Origin: Curvularia clavata
Lineage: Eukaryota
NCBI GenBank assembly: GCA_023920165.1
Contig: CP089279.1
Span: 2,418,001-2,482,000, forward strand
Reading direction: 5' to 3'
DNA: 64,000 nucleotides
Below are positions 1 to 12,244 of this stretch, one piece after another. The position numbers and the translations under genes are program-made. Position 1 is the first letter of the stretch. Each line of letters begins with the position of its first letter. Under the pieces are notes generated by a model. That model was not told where the DNA came from and did not search any database. It saw only the letters and a list, made by a program, of their open reading frames with translations.

Positions 1-195
1 GGATGCTCAAGAGAAGTTCCTGGGAGACATGTTTTACATATGCAGTAGTATGGAAGTTCCTAGTGCATAGCAAGGCCAGAGACCTGGAAGTGCCTCACAG
101 AATTAGCTCATTTGATAGGTTGAATATACGATTAATTCTCCAGTATTTTGGCCGGAATGCAGTAGATGTGTGCAGACCAGTCTATTCCCCGCTGC

Positions 196-766
196 TTACG
201 CGCTGCCTGTCTCCTTTGGTATCGCGCGCACCAACTTCATAATCTCACTCTCATTGTCACCCACGACTGAAAAGTGTTAATAGACCAGATTCCCAAGATG
301 TTTCTTACTCTACAGTGGAACAAACTCACCCGCCTTGCCTTGATTCCAGTCGACAACAAGAGGTCTCTGGAATGTCGCCGCATCAGCCTTCAGCCTTCGC
401 ATAGCATCGTTCTCGCTCTCTGCTCCGCTGATGACTTTTCCTGCTGCACTTGGTCCGCCTAGGTAGTCCAGAATGTTTTTGAGCTGGTCGGTAGTCGGCG
501 GTGCTTCTGTGACATCGAGCTCGAATTCTGTGCGCTCGGCTTTGTTTTGGGCCTGATGAGATGAGGCTTGGTCTTGCGTAGCACTTGCAACAGACTGTGC
601 ATTGGCTTGTTTGAGCAGAGTGAGGACGCGAGTAGAGGCTTGATTTGAAGGCGCGTGGAAGAGCGTTACGACGTTCTTTGCGCCGTGCTAGGGAAATGAT
701 TAGCAGCGAGCAATTGTCAATGCTTCACAGATATTGATTTACCTCTCCAAATAGTCGCTTGAACAT
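196..766 (-). CDS. FMP46: Mitochondrial thioredoxin-like putative redox protein, FMP46/DUF1687 family (150 aa, 3 exons)
   Basis: Not in the ORF track; hand-spliced exons 766-743, 687-330, 266-196 with GT..AG introns. Product MFKRLFGEHGAKNVVTLFHAPSNQASTRVLTLLKQ...EFELDVTEAPPTTDQLKNILDYLGG...FQRPLVVDWNQGKAVVGDNESEI matches remembered Fmp46 motifs (TLFH, PPTxDQL, RPLVVDW). Confidence 0.88.
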
Positions 767-1434
767 GTTTGCGGTGTTGTGGCTATTGTTGCGCTGGTAG
801 GTTGACAAACAAAGTCGTAGTGGTGCCTGGACAGCTTGGGTTGAGGTTCGGGTGTGACGTAGATCGTCTCGCTTCCGCCTGCCCCGTCTCCCGGAGCTGC
901 TGCGGAGTCGTTATCGACAAGAGATCTACGACGCAGCTGCCTAGACACTCACTCGGCCACAACGTCTATGACTACACTAAGTCAGGGGGCTAGGCGGGTG
1001 CAAACATGCCAGTGGACCTAAGAGACCAAACACAAGCGACGTGTTGGTTGACGAGAGGCAAAGATGGATTGATGGCTCAAAAATCTCGCAATACAGTGGC
1101 AAACTCTCCTTGCCATCTGGTCGGCACGCAATTCATCGCAATTCACTACCATGGAAATGGACATCACTAATACCGGTAGAAGAGATTGGGATCACAAGCA
1201 GCTGGATTTCGTGATGCAGCCGTGCAAAAAGCAGAATATACATTTACGCCATGAATATGCCCCCATCATCCCAAAGTGTGGGATCATGCTGCTGCGAAGG
1301 AACGTGCCGTGGCGACGTCCGTGATTCCCACTCCCTCTGATCCAGAGTCATAGCCGTACAGAGGAAACCGAATTCATGACCATATTCTCTAGCTCATCGT
1401 GCTCGTTTCGTGCGCCCTTCCTCTCGTGCTTGGC

Positions 1435-1851
1435 TTATGAGGTTGGGTTAGGGTTCATCTGCTATCCGTCAGCGCCTGTTCAACCCGGAAAATTTCCTTC
1501 TCTACGGACCTTGCGCTTGCCACCGGTCATGGTGACGTTGACGAAACGGCGGGTGTATGTGAGCCTCTTCTTCGCGCGGCCCTTGGGGGTCTTCTTCTTC
1601 TCTTGGGGCTCAACCTAGTAAGGTGTTAGATCGGTTCTCCCTGTCGTGTTCGTCTCTCCCAGGTCCGGTCGAAGTTATGGGGTCGTCGTTCGACGGATGC
1701 GTTCGATCGGGACAGCGAGTTCACATGGATATGCTTACCTTGGGGGCTAGATGCTGTTAGCAGGCGCTCATCTTCATTCTGATGCGAGCCAAGACTTACT
1801 CTGAGACTTGACCTTTCCGGCACGAGCGAGGGATCCGTGAACCTTTCCCAT
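1435..1851 (-). CDS. RPS30: 40S ribosomal protein eS30 (62 aa, 4 exons including an 8-nt microexon)
   Basis: Exons 1851-1800, 1746-1739, 1614-1510, 1458-1435 give [62 protein letters not shown]; all introns GT..AG with CTAAC/CTGAC branch sites. Confidence 0.98.
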
Positions 1852-2848
1852 GTTTGCGGTTGTTGATGAGTCGAGTTGTTCTGTAGGGTGGCGAACTCGT
1901 GTTAGCAAGTGTGCTTCTGGTTTCCAGGCGTCGAGTGCAAGGGTGTGAAGACTTGTTTTCGCAAGGCTTCAGGAGTGATGCAGGTGCAGTCGGTGGTGTT
2001 GATAGGATACGTACAGTTTGCGGGTGCGGTCGCTGGGTGTTCGATGGCTGGGCCGCGACGTTGGTGTTCAAAATGCCTGTGTACGAGCGGACCAGCGGAT
2101 TAGCCGAGATCACGTGCACTGCTAGCGCTGAAGTCGACCCTCAACACTGAGATGCAAGGGCTTGAGAGGTCTGGAACATGAAAAGAATGTTGATACAGAT
2201 TAGCTCTGACTTTCTTTAAAATATCTATGAAAGACGCTCTGAGTATTAAATTTCTAATGCTTCCGCCGCATATTGTGCTATACACTCGAGTTTTGCCTCC
2301 ACCCCATGACGATCAGATAAGATAACCAATACCAAGACGAACTGGTCAGACACCGTGTGAACAGTTTGCTGACATGCAGCTTCCACTCTTCTGCAGTGCC
2401 CATAAGCACTCAGTTTTCCACTTTAGTGACACGGATTGACCGCCTGATTCTATATCAAACACTCCACTACAGACAGTTTCCATCCCGACAGAGCTGGTCT
2501 GTGCGTACAGCACCGGACTAGTGAGATGAACTGAATACGCATCGCAACACGAACAGGTTCTGTACTGTGTTCGCATAGCACTGGCGCCTTGAGTAGTTTG
2601 CTTCAAAGGCTCACTACTTACAGTGGCCCACCTTCTGCCGTACTGCTAATAGGTTTCAGCAACATCCACGCTAGCCACTCCCGGAGCTGTCGATCGCATG
2701 ATGCGCATGATGCATTCCGTGCCGAGCTTCGTTCGACGCGTCGCTGTTTGCCATCAACCACCACTTGACTGATAACTCGCCACCTTCCTTTAGCACTTGC
2801 TTCCTATTACTCTTTCTCTCCAGCTAATCGGTCATACGCAAAGCCAAC

Positions 2849-3610
2849 ATGTACCTCCAAAGCGCTCTTTTGGGTCTTATCGGCCTAACTACAGCCACCA
2901 ACATCCAACCACCACAGCACCTGTTCGCCAACCCCTCACAGGCCGAGCAGTCTGACTTCAAGATTCCTACTGTCCATGAATCTGCCGTTCAAGCCCGTAG
3001 AATTATGCGCCTAGAGAACATCGGCACTCTCTCGACTGTCTTCCCCAACGCGCCACACAGCACCGAGCAACGACCCTCGGATGTTGCAGGTGCGCCTATA
3101 GGCCTTATGGACTACTTTGGTGACTGCGAGCCCGATACCGGAAACCCGACCATCCTTGCGATCACTATAGCCACATCTTTCAAGAACGTTGCCGCCGGGT
3201 CCAACATTACGCTGAGCATGCGCTGGCACCCTCAGGACAACAAGTGGCGCAGTCCCGCGTCGCTTCCCCGTTTCTCGCTCGTAGGCCACCTGGAGGACAT
3301 TGATATGGATGCTATAGAGAGGCTCGGCGTGACGGCTTGCTTTGTCAAGAAGCACCCTGATGCTGCGTGGTGGTTGCCAGGAAACAGAATCCACGAGAGC
3401 AAGTGGGTAAGGTTGGTCGTTGATGAGATCTACTGGATTGGAGGCTTCGGCGACCGCGCATACATTGGCTGGATTCCTAAGGAGGAATGGTTCAGCGTCA
3501 CTCAGGAAGAGATTGATGGCATTCAGCTGCCGGGAGAAAAGAGCAATGCCTGGAGTTCTTTGCGAAGTTGGTTTGGACTCGGTCAGCAGCAGGAGACGTT
3601 TGAACTTTAG
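2849..3610 (+). CDS. Secreted/ER CREG-like split-barrel (pyridoxamine 5'-phosphate oxidase-like) protein, 253 aa
   Basis: Single ORF with signal-peptide-like N-terminus; motifs ESAVQARRI..GTLSTVF, PIGLMDY, LPRFSLVG, CFVKKHPDAAWW, IYWIGGFGDRAYIGWI are typical of CREG-like proteins; ends in ETFEL. Confidence 0.85.
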   Translation: MYLQSALLGLIGLTTATNIQPPQHLFANPSQAEQSDFKIPTVHESAVQARRIMRLENIGTLSTVFPNAPHSTEQRPSDVAGAPIGLMDYFGDCEPDTGNPTILAITIATSFKNVAAGSNITLSMRWHPQDNKWRSPASLPRFSLVGHLEDIDMDAIERLGVTACFVKKHPDAAWWLPGNRIHESKWVRLVVDEIYWIGGFGDRAYIGWIPKEEWFSVTQEEIDGIQLPGEKSNAWSSLRSWFGLGQQQETFEL

Positions 3611-3779
3611 GTAGGTGTCGATGAGATTAAGACCGAACATGAACATGGAATATGAGATATGAGCCGAAATTGGAAATCATTTTATTTCATGTTACGGATG
3701 TTACTTGGGCAGTTGGTACATGTTGGCGTGTTACTCAGCATTTCAGACTGCATCTATCTGGTTAGTTCTTATGCATTAC

Positions 3780-5760
3780 ACACGAACGCATGATCGAAAG
3801 TACAAAGCATCGCCATAGAGCTCCTTTCTCAACACTTTTACTGTGTCCTTGCTTCTTCAATCCTTCCCCTTGTCTCCACTTTTGACTCAAGCTTAGCCCC
3901 AGCCGACGAAGTACGTTTGATATATTTCCTTTGTTTCCCAGTAACCTTCACATTCCTTAACTGCATATCATAGAATAGTGTGTCTCCAAGCGGTAGGGAG
4001 TCAGAACGTCGACCAACAATTGAACAAGCAATCCACCAAACAGGCTTATGAAAAGCAACACCCAAATCAATAGTAACAAAACAGCGAAGCTATGTCCGTT
4101 ATCCTATCTTCGATCACCACACCCTAAACTGCAGCAAATCACAAGCCGTCTCTTCGTTCACATTTACACATGAGCTCTCCCTCGTCAAAAGAAATAGTGG
4201 CCCAATACACATACTACTTTACCTACTAACTTCTAATTCTCCTCCCACCTCTTAACCCGGTACATCTCTTCCACTTCCGCCATCGCTTCTTTCCCTCTCC
4301 ACTTGGACGCTTGCCCTCTATCCCTCATCTCCTCACACTCACACTCAAGCTCAAGACACTTCATCTCACTATCACACGCACCAAATATATCTTTGCCCAC
4401 TCCATTCTAAATACCGAAGTAAAAGTATGATACCGTACGCAGCCGTGTGTGCGGAAAAGGGGTCTTACAGTATATACCCCAGACTCGATGCGTGTCTCTA
4501 AACAACTATTCCAGCGCTATGTGACAAAATGGGTCCGTTCGAAAACAAGAGGCTTTGCTTTCATTTCTCCCGGGCCAGTTTGGACACACGAATGGTGTGT
4601 AAAGAACGAGGGAGAAGAATTCTGACATGCCCAGCGGTTAGTCAAGGAAAACATGCATCTGTCTCTACCTCTACCTAGTTTTTCGTCGTCTCTCCTCATC
4701 TAGTCTTCATCTGTAGTTTCTAAGGGTAGCAGCTGCACAAACACTGTCCCCATTCTAACTTCTTAACCCTCCTTTCTCCCCTTTCACTAACCCTCTTTTC
4801 GCATGTCATACACCTCCTCTCCTCTCATTTCCTTCTCCTTTCCCTTTCCCCTTACAACACAAGTCTCCACTGGATGCATGCATAGCTTGTGTATCCCCTT
4901 TCGTTCAGCCCCTCTCTAATACGCATCTACATCTACCTCTTCACCCTACCAAAACGCTACTTTACATTTGCATACACGCGCAGAATAGCACACAGGGCGA
5001 CCTATCGCTAACAATGTGGATTATTTCTTCCAGTTTTTCTTAACTTGAACTTCGCATTGAGGATTTTCTACTAGTAACGCATTCTTCAGAAGATTCAGGT
5101 GCTCAGCCTACATTTGATACAACCAGCTATATCGGTATTTGGTTCTTGCACGTGAGATAGGATATGCCTGATGCACTTCACCGCCACCGTCCCTTTCTCC
5201 CTACCTTTATTTCTTCTCTCCTTCACACTAACTCCATCTTTCCAACCAGTAGCATTCACACAAGACTACAGATAGGCCGATAGCAGACGTGTGTCGTACA
5301 CGAACCACCCTCTAGGCACAAAAAAACAATCAGACGATAAGCCATGTGTAGCACACGGTACACCGTATATAGCTCCCGCCCCCTCGCTCTCCACATCGCA
5401 TGCAATGCACAAACTCTCCTTTATTCCTGGTACTCAGCTCCACCCACATGTCACCCACTGTCCGAAAACCATTCCCTTGGGTCCCCTTTAAACCCCCGTA
5501 CGCCGTATAGTCTGTGTACAATACGAGAGAGCCGAGCTGAGGTGAGGTGATATGAAAAGGCCGAATTGGGTAAAAAGGTAGGCAGAAAAATGTGTCTGAC
5601 GTTTCGTATCTCACTAATCTATGCATACATGTACATAGTATGTATACGAATTCTAAAAAAGGAAGAAGGAAAATCGGCATTACATGACTTTTCTTTACTT
5701 AGCTGACCAATAAAACATAAGTAATATTAACTTCTTTTTTTTTTTCAAAAAAATATATTC
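3780..5760. other. AT/TpA-rich, strand-skewed stretch; possible degraded (RIP-like) relic
   Basis: Visibly lower GC and strongly pyrimidine-rich plus strand; the minus strand has stop-bounded protein-like fragments (e.g. 4406-4233 NGVGKDIFGACDSEMKCLELECECEEMRDRG...). No recognisable TE domain. Confidence 0.3.
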
Positions 5761-8700
5761 TTCGCCGATTAAACACATACTACGCGTACGTACGTCGCCG
5801 CTTACCCTCTTAGCACCGAAGGCTATACACAAGCGCCTACATACTAGACAGTACAGGGGGCAATAAGATACGGGAGGGGAGAAGGGAAAACTATTACCTC
5901 ATTCGCCCATCTCCCAGCATACGGTGTAAAGCCACAATTGCCCCGAGCTACGTAGCCAGCCATGCCAGCCATCTAAGGTACCTACTCGTACCACGAGCAT
6001 AAGCGCGCCTTCCCAGCGCCTCTGCAAATCATCCCCAATCCGGGTTACCTCTCTAACGGACTAGACGGCAAGACACGAGGACGAGAGAGAGCAGGACCGC
6101 GGATGAGCCGGCAGCGGGAAGGTGGGTCGAGATGATGCGCTGGAAAAGCAGATGATGTTCACTTCGGGCCCGTATCCGAAGCCGTTTTTTGGTCTTGTCG
6201 CGGCTACAAACACGTGCCTTTTTTTTTCCAATGATGCGCTACCACGTCAATGGCTTCCGACGATGCGCCGTGTGGTGGGAATAGTGTGTAGGTTGAGACA
6301 TGTGCCCAGCCTACTGTTGCTATTCCGGCTTATTTGTCCATAGTGTGGTAGATTGGCACACCTGCTCTAGACTAGTTGATCATTTAACTAGAAACTTTGC
6401 TCTTACGCACGTAGTGGGAGTAATGTACTACGTATCTAGTGTCGTGGATAGCTCGGTAATTACTCGATGAGGCCTCCAGCTCTGTTTGTTTGTTTTGATC
6501 TCTTCCTTTCGCTATCTCTTCTAGAGACTGCAATGAGCACGTGCCAGGTTGCGCTCGTTGGTTGGACTTGGACACGAGAGCTGAATTTGTTGGAAGAAAG
6601 ACCCAATGAGATGAAACTGCAATAAACATTAGGAAAGGCTGGCGAGCGGAAAAATCTCCACCATCGCACCCAAAAGATGCCGAGGCACTCTTTCCTTCGC
6701 AATAGGAACCCAAACTCGTCATTCCTGCATGCTAACGGTAGGCGTCATTGCTGAACAGTGCATTATTAATCACTAGGAGGGCGCTGTTCCAACAACAGCT
6801 ACTATAGCTTAATGTGAAGCAGACCAGGTCTTACCCAGTACCAGAATAGCGGTGACAAGCGTCACGTTTTGTTTGGCAAGGAGGCTCCTAGTCGCAACAC
6901 CATGGCTCTGATCAGGGCGGAGGTCTAGGAACAGACCGGGTACTTCCTGGCGTCAGCCCCCCTCTAAGAAATCATTCGGCCGTAAGGTGGTACTTTCCAG
7001 GGCGAAGACTCTTGGCGTTGCGCCCCAACAACGAGATGAGGGGAACGGCATGGCACGCCGTCATCTGATCATCACCCGGTTTGTGACAGGCATGATGCTT
7101 GAAGATATTTTTTACGCGAGCTTCTTGGGAAAAGACAGGAGACGAAACAGTTGCGCGATATGCGCGATGTTAGTTCCCGCCAGGTAGCCCGAACTTTATC
7201 GCCCAGTACTCAGCTCTTACACTTCTGCCTTACGACTATCTGGTAGCGAGAATTTTAGTAAGACGATCACATCACTTTGATGCCAAAAAAGTCTTTCGCA
7301 GGCATCGTCTGCCAGGGCGCCTCACGATGCAAATTGTCCGACATAGCGCAATGGCTCTCTGGTACGTCCCACGAGTCGGCCCTTAGGCGTGCGTCTCCAT
7401 TTGCTGACTCGAAGGTTTTTCCGGAGACAAAGTGTGAGATGGTTAGTTCTGAGGATGCGGATGTGCAGGGACAAGCCTGGGAGCTTTGATCAACTGGGAT
7501 CATCCCACCCGCTGTCTGCAGCACGGTCTTAATATCCATTCCGCATGAAGGCTTAGTTTCGGAGTATTTGCCCGCCTGGCGCTAGAATGCGGTTTGTATG
7601 CAGCGTGGTGCGAACGGACAAAGGGTAGGCGTGAGCGTTCGTGCGGCGGTAAGAGGGCGATCACAGCTGTCACGCCGGCGTGAGTGGGATGCTGGTGCGT
7701 GGGACATGCTAATACTTAGCGGATGCTGCGACATGGACATGTCGTCGTCTAGAGCCTCTGCAGCGCGTGCAACGTGTTTGTTAAATGACCGAGGTAACTG
7801 GAGTTTGGGCGGGGGGGTTTAGTTGTTCGACGCAGTAACGTAGAGGACGATACTCACCGCTACTGTATTGTTGCCAGTACGAATGCGAACGAGCATATCC
7901 ACAATACACCCGCGATGAATGGGACCCATGCCGGCAATTGCAGCATTCAGAAGCGTGGCTGTCGATCGCGGTTCTTACAGGGCAAAAAAATCCCTTGTCC
8001 ATGGCTACTGGAACTGTGCCTCCGTTGAGCTTGTTTTGGAAGTACGTGAGCTGATGCGAAAAGGGACACGCGGCTAACGGCTGCCGTAAGTGGTGGGGAG
8101 TGGAATGGGTATGAGGAGGGGCCAACGGTCGCACGTCGGTATGGGTAATTCCGAACAAACTCCTTCTCGAAGGTTGGTATCCAGGGATCATGGCTGAATG
8201 TCGTCAATGCCCTGGAGGCCATATGGCCGCGCACAGCCGTAGTACCAACAGCTCTGCTGCAAAGTGGCCCAGTCAAAGGCAATCTTAGGTCACAATAACT
8301 ATGGACAAAATGGCGCGCATGGACGAATGAGGGAAGTAGGCCTTGGCTATAATGCAAGACGGTCAGATTTGGCACTGGTGCCAAAAAGACACGGAAACTA
8401 GGTGATCATGGCGCAGGTGATGTTATTTCGAGCCGCGCATCATCGCCCACCGCTAGGGATAATCACGGGTGGGTTCCGAAGATAAAAAAGAGAGTATACT
8501 TGTGATTGCTGACGATGTTGGCTGGAAGAAGCGCTAATTGAGTGGTTATTACCAGGGGGGTTGTCTCTCCCACGCCGTCTTCAATACTTGGGTGCAGCGC
8601 TTGTGACGGCAACATGGTACGATGTGTTCTTTACATCGCCGTCCATATGTAAGCCTCTGTGACCTTGTACACTTAGGGGGCACCCCATCGACGCACAGTG

Positions 8701-11005
8701 ACGGCATGCATTGAAGCCGCGTGCCCATGACAGTGCTGCAGCCATGGGGGCAGCGGGCTGTATATGATGGAGAGATAACAAACAACTTCGTGCGCGCGTG
8801 CGGTGCCCGTGTCGTGATTAGCTCACATCCGTGCCGCAGAGGTTTGCAAGCGAGGCGGAAATTGAGGAGGAGGGAGAGGAGGGTAGATGAAACACTTCCA
8901 CGAGACTGGGAATGGGCCCAGAGCCCGAACAGATGATGCGCAGATCTCTGTCGAGCACGATCCACGGGCTTGAACGGATGCACCGATCCACAGCACACCA
9001 ACAAACCCGATTGGCGGATTCGGCCAATCAAGGGCGCTTTTGAAGACGTGGCGCGCTTCTTCATCTACATCCCGCGATTGCTTTTGGCGCCCGTCGCCAG
9101 CGGCTGGCCTCGCTTAGAAGCTGTCACGTACATACAGGCGAGCAAGATGGTGGGTGTCGTGGCTGTGACAGAATTGCTTGTTGTTCCTCTCAGTCCAGTG
9201 CCGACTGCGTTTCTTTTCTGCCGTTCAGTATGCTGGGCGCGGCATCAAGGTCCGTTTGAGAGGATTCGCGAGGGAATCTCGCTTCCGCCAAACGGTTTGA
9301 AGGATCGAACCCTTGCTAGGTAGGGTTCGCCATCAGACGATTGATGTTTTGCTTTTGACGGCCGCCGAACCAACTCTAACCGAGCTGGCACTGAGGCTGT
9401 CATCGGGCCATGTGGAGTCTGCCTCCCGAAGACCTGTCGAGTCCAAGCTGGTGCTCCTGCCATGGCCAAGCAGGGATGGTTTCAGACTTATTGGAAAAGC
9501 ACCAGTTCATTGTTTGACAGACCTGGGGGTTGACTCTTGTGAGAAGGGTGCCGCCGCATTCGGAGAAATGTTACGTGATCATGAAGATCGCCAGTTTGGA
9601 CCAAAGCCTTTGTCGTTAGATAGCGCATGTACGGATGAGATTGAGGCTCCTAACGAGCAAGCCACATGCGGCCTCGTCACATCATTGTATGGCAATATTG
9701 AGGTGCGTTGAGGCGAGCGAAGCGAGCGATTTGGCCAGACAGCGCCAAACATGAATAGGAGGCTTTTGTCGGGGTCTTGTGCAGATGCATGTAAATGCGA
9801 GGGTAGTGGATGACGACAGAGTGTGGGAGAGACAAAAGGCAGCAGGCCTATGGGCCATGCGCTAAGAATGCTCATGAGACCCGTATTGCTGACGGACGGG
9901 GACAGCCTCGAGGCGGACCAGTGGATTTGATTCAAGCCGACCGTCATTGCAGCCTGTGTGGCGAATGTGGCAGTGAGTGAGCTACGTGGATCGAACCTGA
10001 CTCTCCACGGTCTTCTTCTTCTTCGACGTCCGCGGTCGTTGCTGTTTTGCAGCGCCATGTTGGTTGGGGCCCCGGAAAGCGGGTAAAATGAGACCATGGA
10101 ATGCTAGCCCCGATCATAACATGCCACATTATGCGGCTACCAGCGTACCAGTGGCATCAATACTGGACACGGTAAGACCGACAGTGGTATCCGTCCTCCG
10201 TGTTCAGCAGAATCGTTGTTCCTTGTTGTATAGGTCAGGAACGTGACATGGTGTGGAACAGAGATCGACCGAGGTGGTGGGGGCTGGTGAGATGGGTAGC
10301 CAAGGAAGCCGTTGGAATGACGGAGACGCAAGGCGACTGTTTGCTTGGACTTGGTGTAGCCATTACGCAAGCCTTGCCTTTGCCCCATGGGTAACCCTTC
10401 ATGGGCATGCACACGCGTGTCGATGAGAAGCGGCAAGCGTCGAGGGTCAGTCCTGACGTCTTCAGTTTCCACTAGGTTTGGAAGCCAACACATGTTCCCT
10501 GCAAAACATCACCGCACGGTCTCTTGACTTGACACCCATCACCACGATGCAGAGAGCCAAGGGCTTGTACGTCAGGTCGAGTCATAACTTGTAAATTGAT
10601 TGCTCGGTCGATTTTGACACATGGCCTAGCATTGAGTTGCTGTCTGCAGCGTCTCTACTATAGTACAAAGAAATAAAAGTTATATGTCGGGTAAATGCCG
10701 CGCTCCTCGATGCGAGGCAGAGCCTGTCCTTTTGAAGAAAGCGAGAATGACGACTTGTCAGAAATAAGCATACAACATCGCAGCTGATGGCGAAAGAGGA
10801 TATCGTTAATAAACACGAGAGGAACTCCATTGAAATGCATAACATGGTGGAAAACACCGAGGCGCCAATGCAGGAAGTCGTGCAAATGGTATCGTTGGCG
10901 AGATATGACAGAACAAAGCATGTCTCGCAGAGACTCCGGATATGTCGAGGCTTGTCAAGAGCCGATTGCGTGAGACGATTAGGTGAGGCTTTTTGTTTTT
11001 GCCCC

Positions 11006-12244
11006 TTAGGCCGTAAGAGTGGTACTTGAGGCTGCATGGCAACCTCGCTCGTGTCGCTTCATGTTGCTGCGCACGCTAAAGGCTTTGCCGCATCCAGGCT
11101 GTGGGCACTTGTATGGCTTCTCGCCAGTGTGGCTGTGGCTGTGGATGCGGAGGCTGCTTGGGCGAGAGAAGGCCTTGTTGCAGGTCGAGCAGATGTAGCG
11201 GTCCTGGGGTTGAGGGAACTGTGACTGGCTCGAAGTGCTGATGTAGTGGTGGTGCTGCCATGGGTTTGAGCCGTTGGTGGCTGGGCTGGGTACGGGCACA
11301 GGCAGGGGCATGGTGTGCGGCTGGAAGTTTGAAGGCAGAGGGCGCTGCGCATAGAGCGGAGGTGTTGTGTATGAGTGCTGCTCTGGCGAGTAGAATGAAG
11401 CAGAAGAGGCAGCCCCTGGCGAGGACTGGTAAGGAGACTGGCCGTACATGGAGGCACTGTAGGGCGACATGGAGTGCGATGGCATCGAGTCGCGCTTCAT
11501 TGGGGGTACAGTAGAGTAGGCTTGTCTCTGCTGGTGAGGCTCCATGTTGTTGAGCGCACCGCCGACAAAGTAGGGAGTGGAGGCGGCCGAGTGGTTTGAT
11601 GCCGCTGAAGGCGAGTGGTTGCCGTCGTGGGCAACGTCTGGGTGCATTGGGGGTGTAGGAGGCAGAGTCATTCTGGAGCTGCTGGGCGCCGACACTGGAG
11701 TGTATTGTGCCTGCTGTGACTGTGGCTGCTGTGCTTGCCTCATTTGAGGTGATGACGACTGCCGCTGCTGTGACTGAGGGCTCTGGGAAGCTACGGCCAA
11801 TGTTAGTGACATGGTCGGGTCAGGGCAGGGCAGGGCAGGTGCAGCCACGGGGGCCTTACCTGAATCAGAGGCAGCTGGCTTCTCGTTCCCAGCAAACTCG
11901 AGGAGACTTGAGATGGAAGGCAGTGAAGGCTTCTTCTCTTCGGCTGGGGGTGAGGGCGGCGACTGAGGACGCTGCTGCTGCTTTTGTTGCTGTTGTTGTT
12001 GTTGTTGTTGCTGAACCTGCTGCTGCTGCTGCTGTTGTTGCTGCTGAACCTGTTGTCGGTATTGGTGCTCGACTTGCTGAGCATGTGTAGGTGGTTGTAC
12101 TGGGTATGAGGAAGCAGCAACGCCCGACATGGCGTATCCGCGAGGCTGCGGTTGTTGTTGGTAGTAGGCCGGGTGTTGTGGGTGCTGGAACGCCTCCCGT
12201 TCCCGGACGCTGCCGTGTACCATACTGGCGAGATGCATTGCCAT
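11006..12244 (-). CDS. flbC: C2H2 zinc-finger developmental transcription factor, FlbC orthologue (389 aa spliced, 2 exons)
   Basis: C-terminal [54 protein letters not shown] is the FlbC double finger; also NPWQHHHYI and LPSISSLL motifs. First in-frame ATG at 12244; intron 11859-11791 (GTAAGG..CTAAC..TAG). Confidence 0.92.
   Translation of the reverse strand: MAMHLASMVHGSVREREAFQHPQHPAYYQQQPQPRGYAMSGVAASSYPVQPPTHAQQVEHQYRQQVQQQQQQQQQQVQQQQQQQQQQKQQQRPQSPPSPPAEEKKPSLPSISSLLEFAGNEKPAASDSGKAPVAAPALPCPDPTMSLTLAVASQSPQSQQRQSSSPQMRQAQQPQSQQAQYTPVSAPSSSRMTLPPTPPMHPDVAHDGNHSPSAASNHSAASTPYFVGGALNNMEPHQQRQAYSTVPPMKRDSMPSHSMSPYSASMYGQSPYQSSPGAASSASFYSPEQHSYTTPPLYAQRPLPSNFQPHTMPLPVPVPSPATNGSNPWQHHHYISTSSQSQFPQPQDRYICSTCNKAFSRPSSLRIHSHSHTGEKPYKCPQPGCGKAFSVRSNMKRHERGCHAASSTTLTA
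11972..12055 (-). repeat. CAG/CAA trinucleotide tract encoding polyglutamine in FlbC
   Basis: (ctg/ttg)n runs on the plus strand encoding [28 protein letters not shown]. Confidence 0.95.

Noticed and set aside
1615..1738. Intronic snoRNA in RPS30 intron 2
   Set aside because: No C box (RTGATGA)/D box (CTGA) pair or H/ACA layout visible.
3011..3646. 211-aa minus-strand ORF
   Set aside because: Antisense shadow of the CREG-like gene; no motifs.
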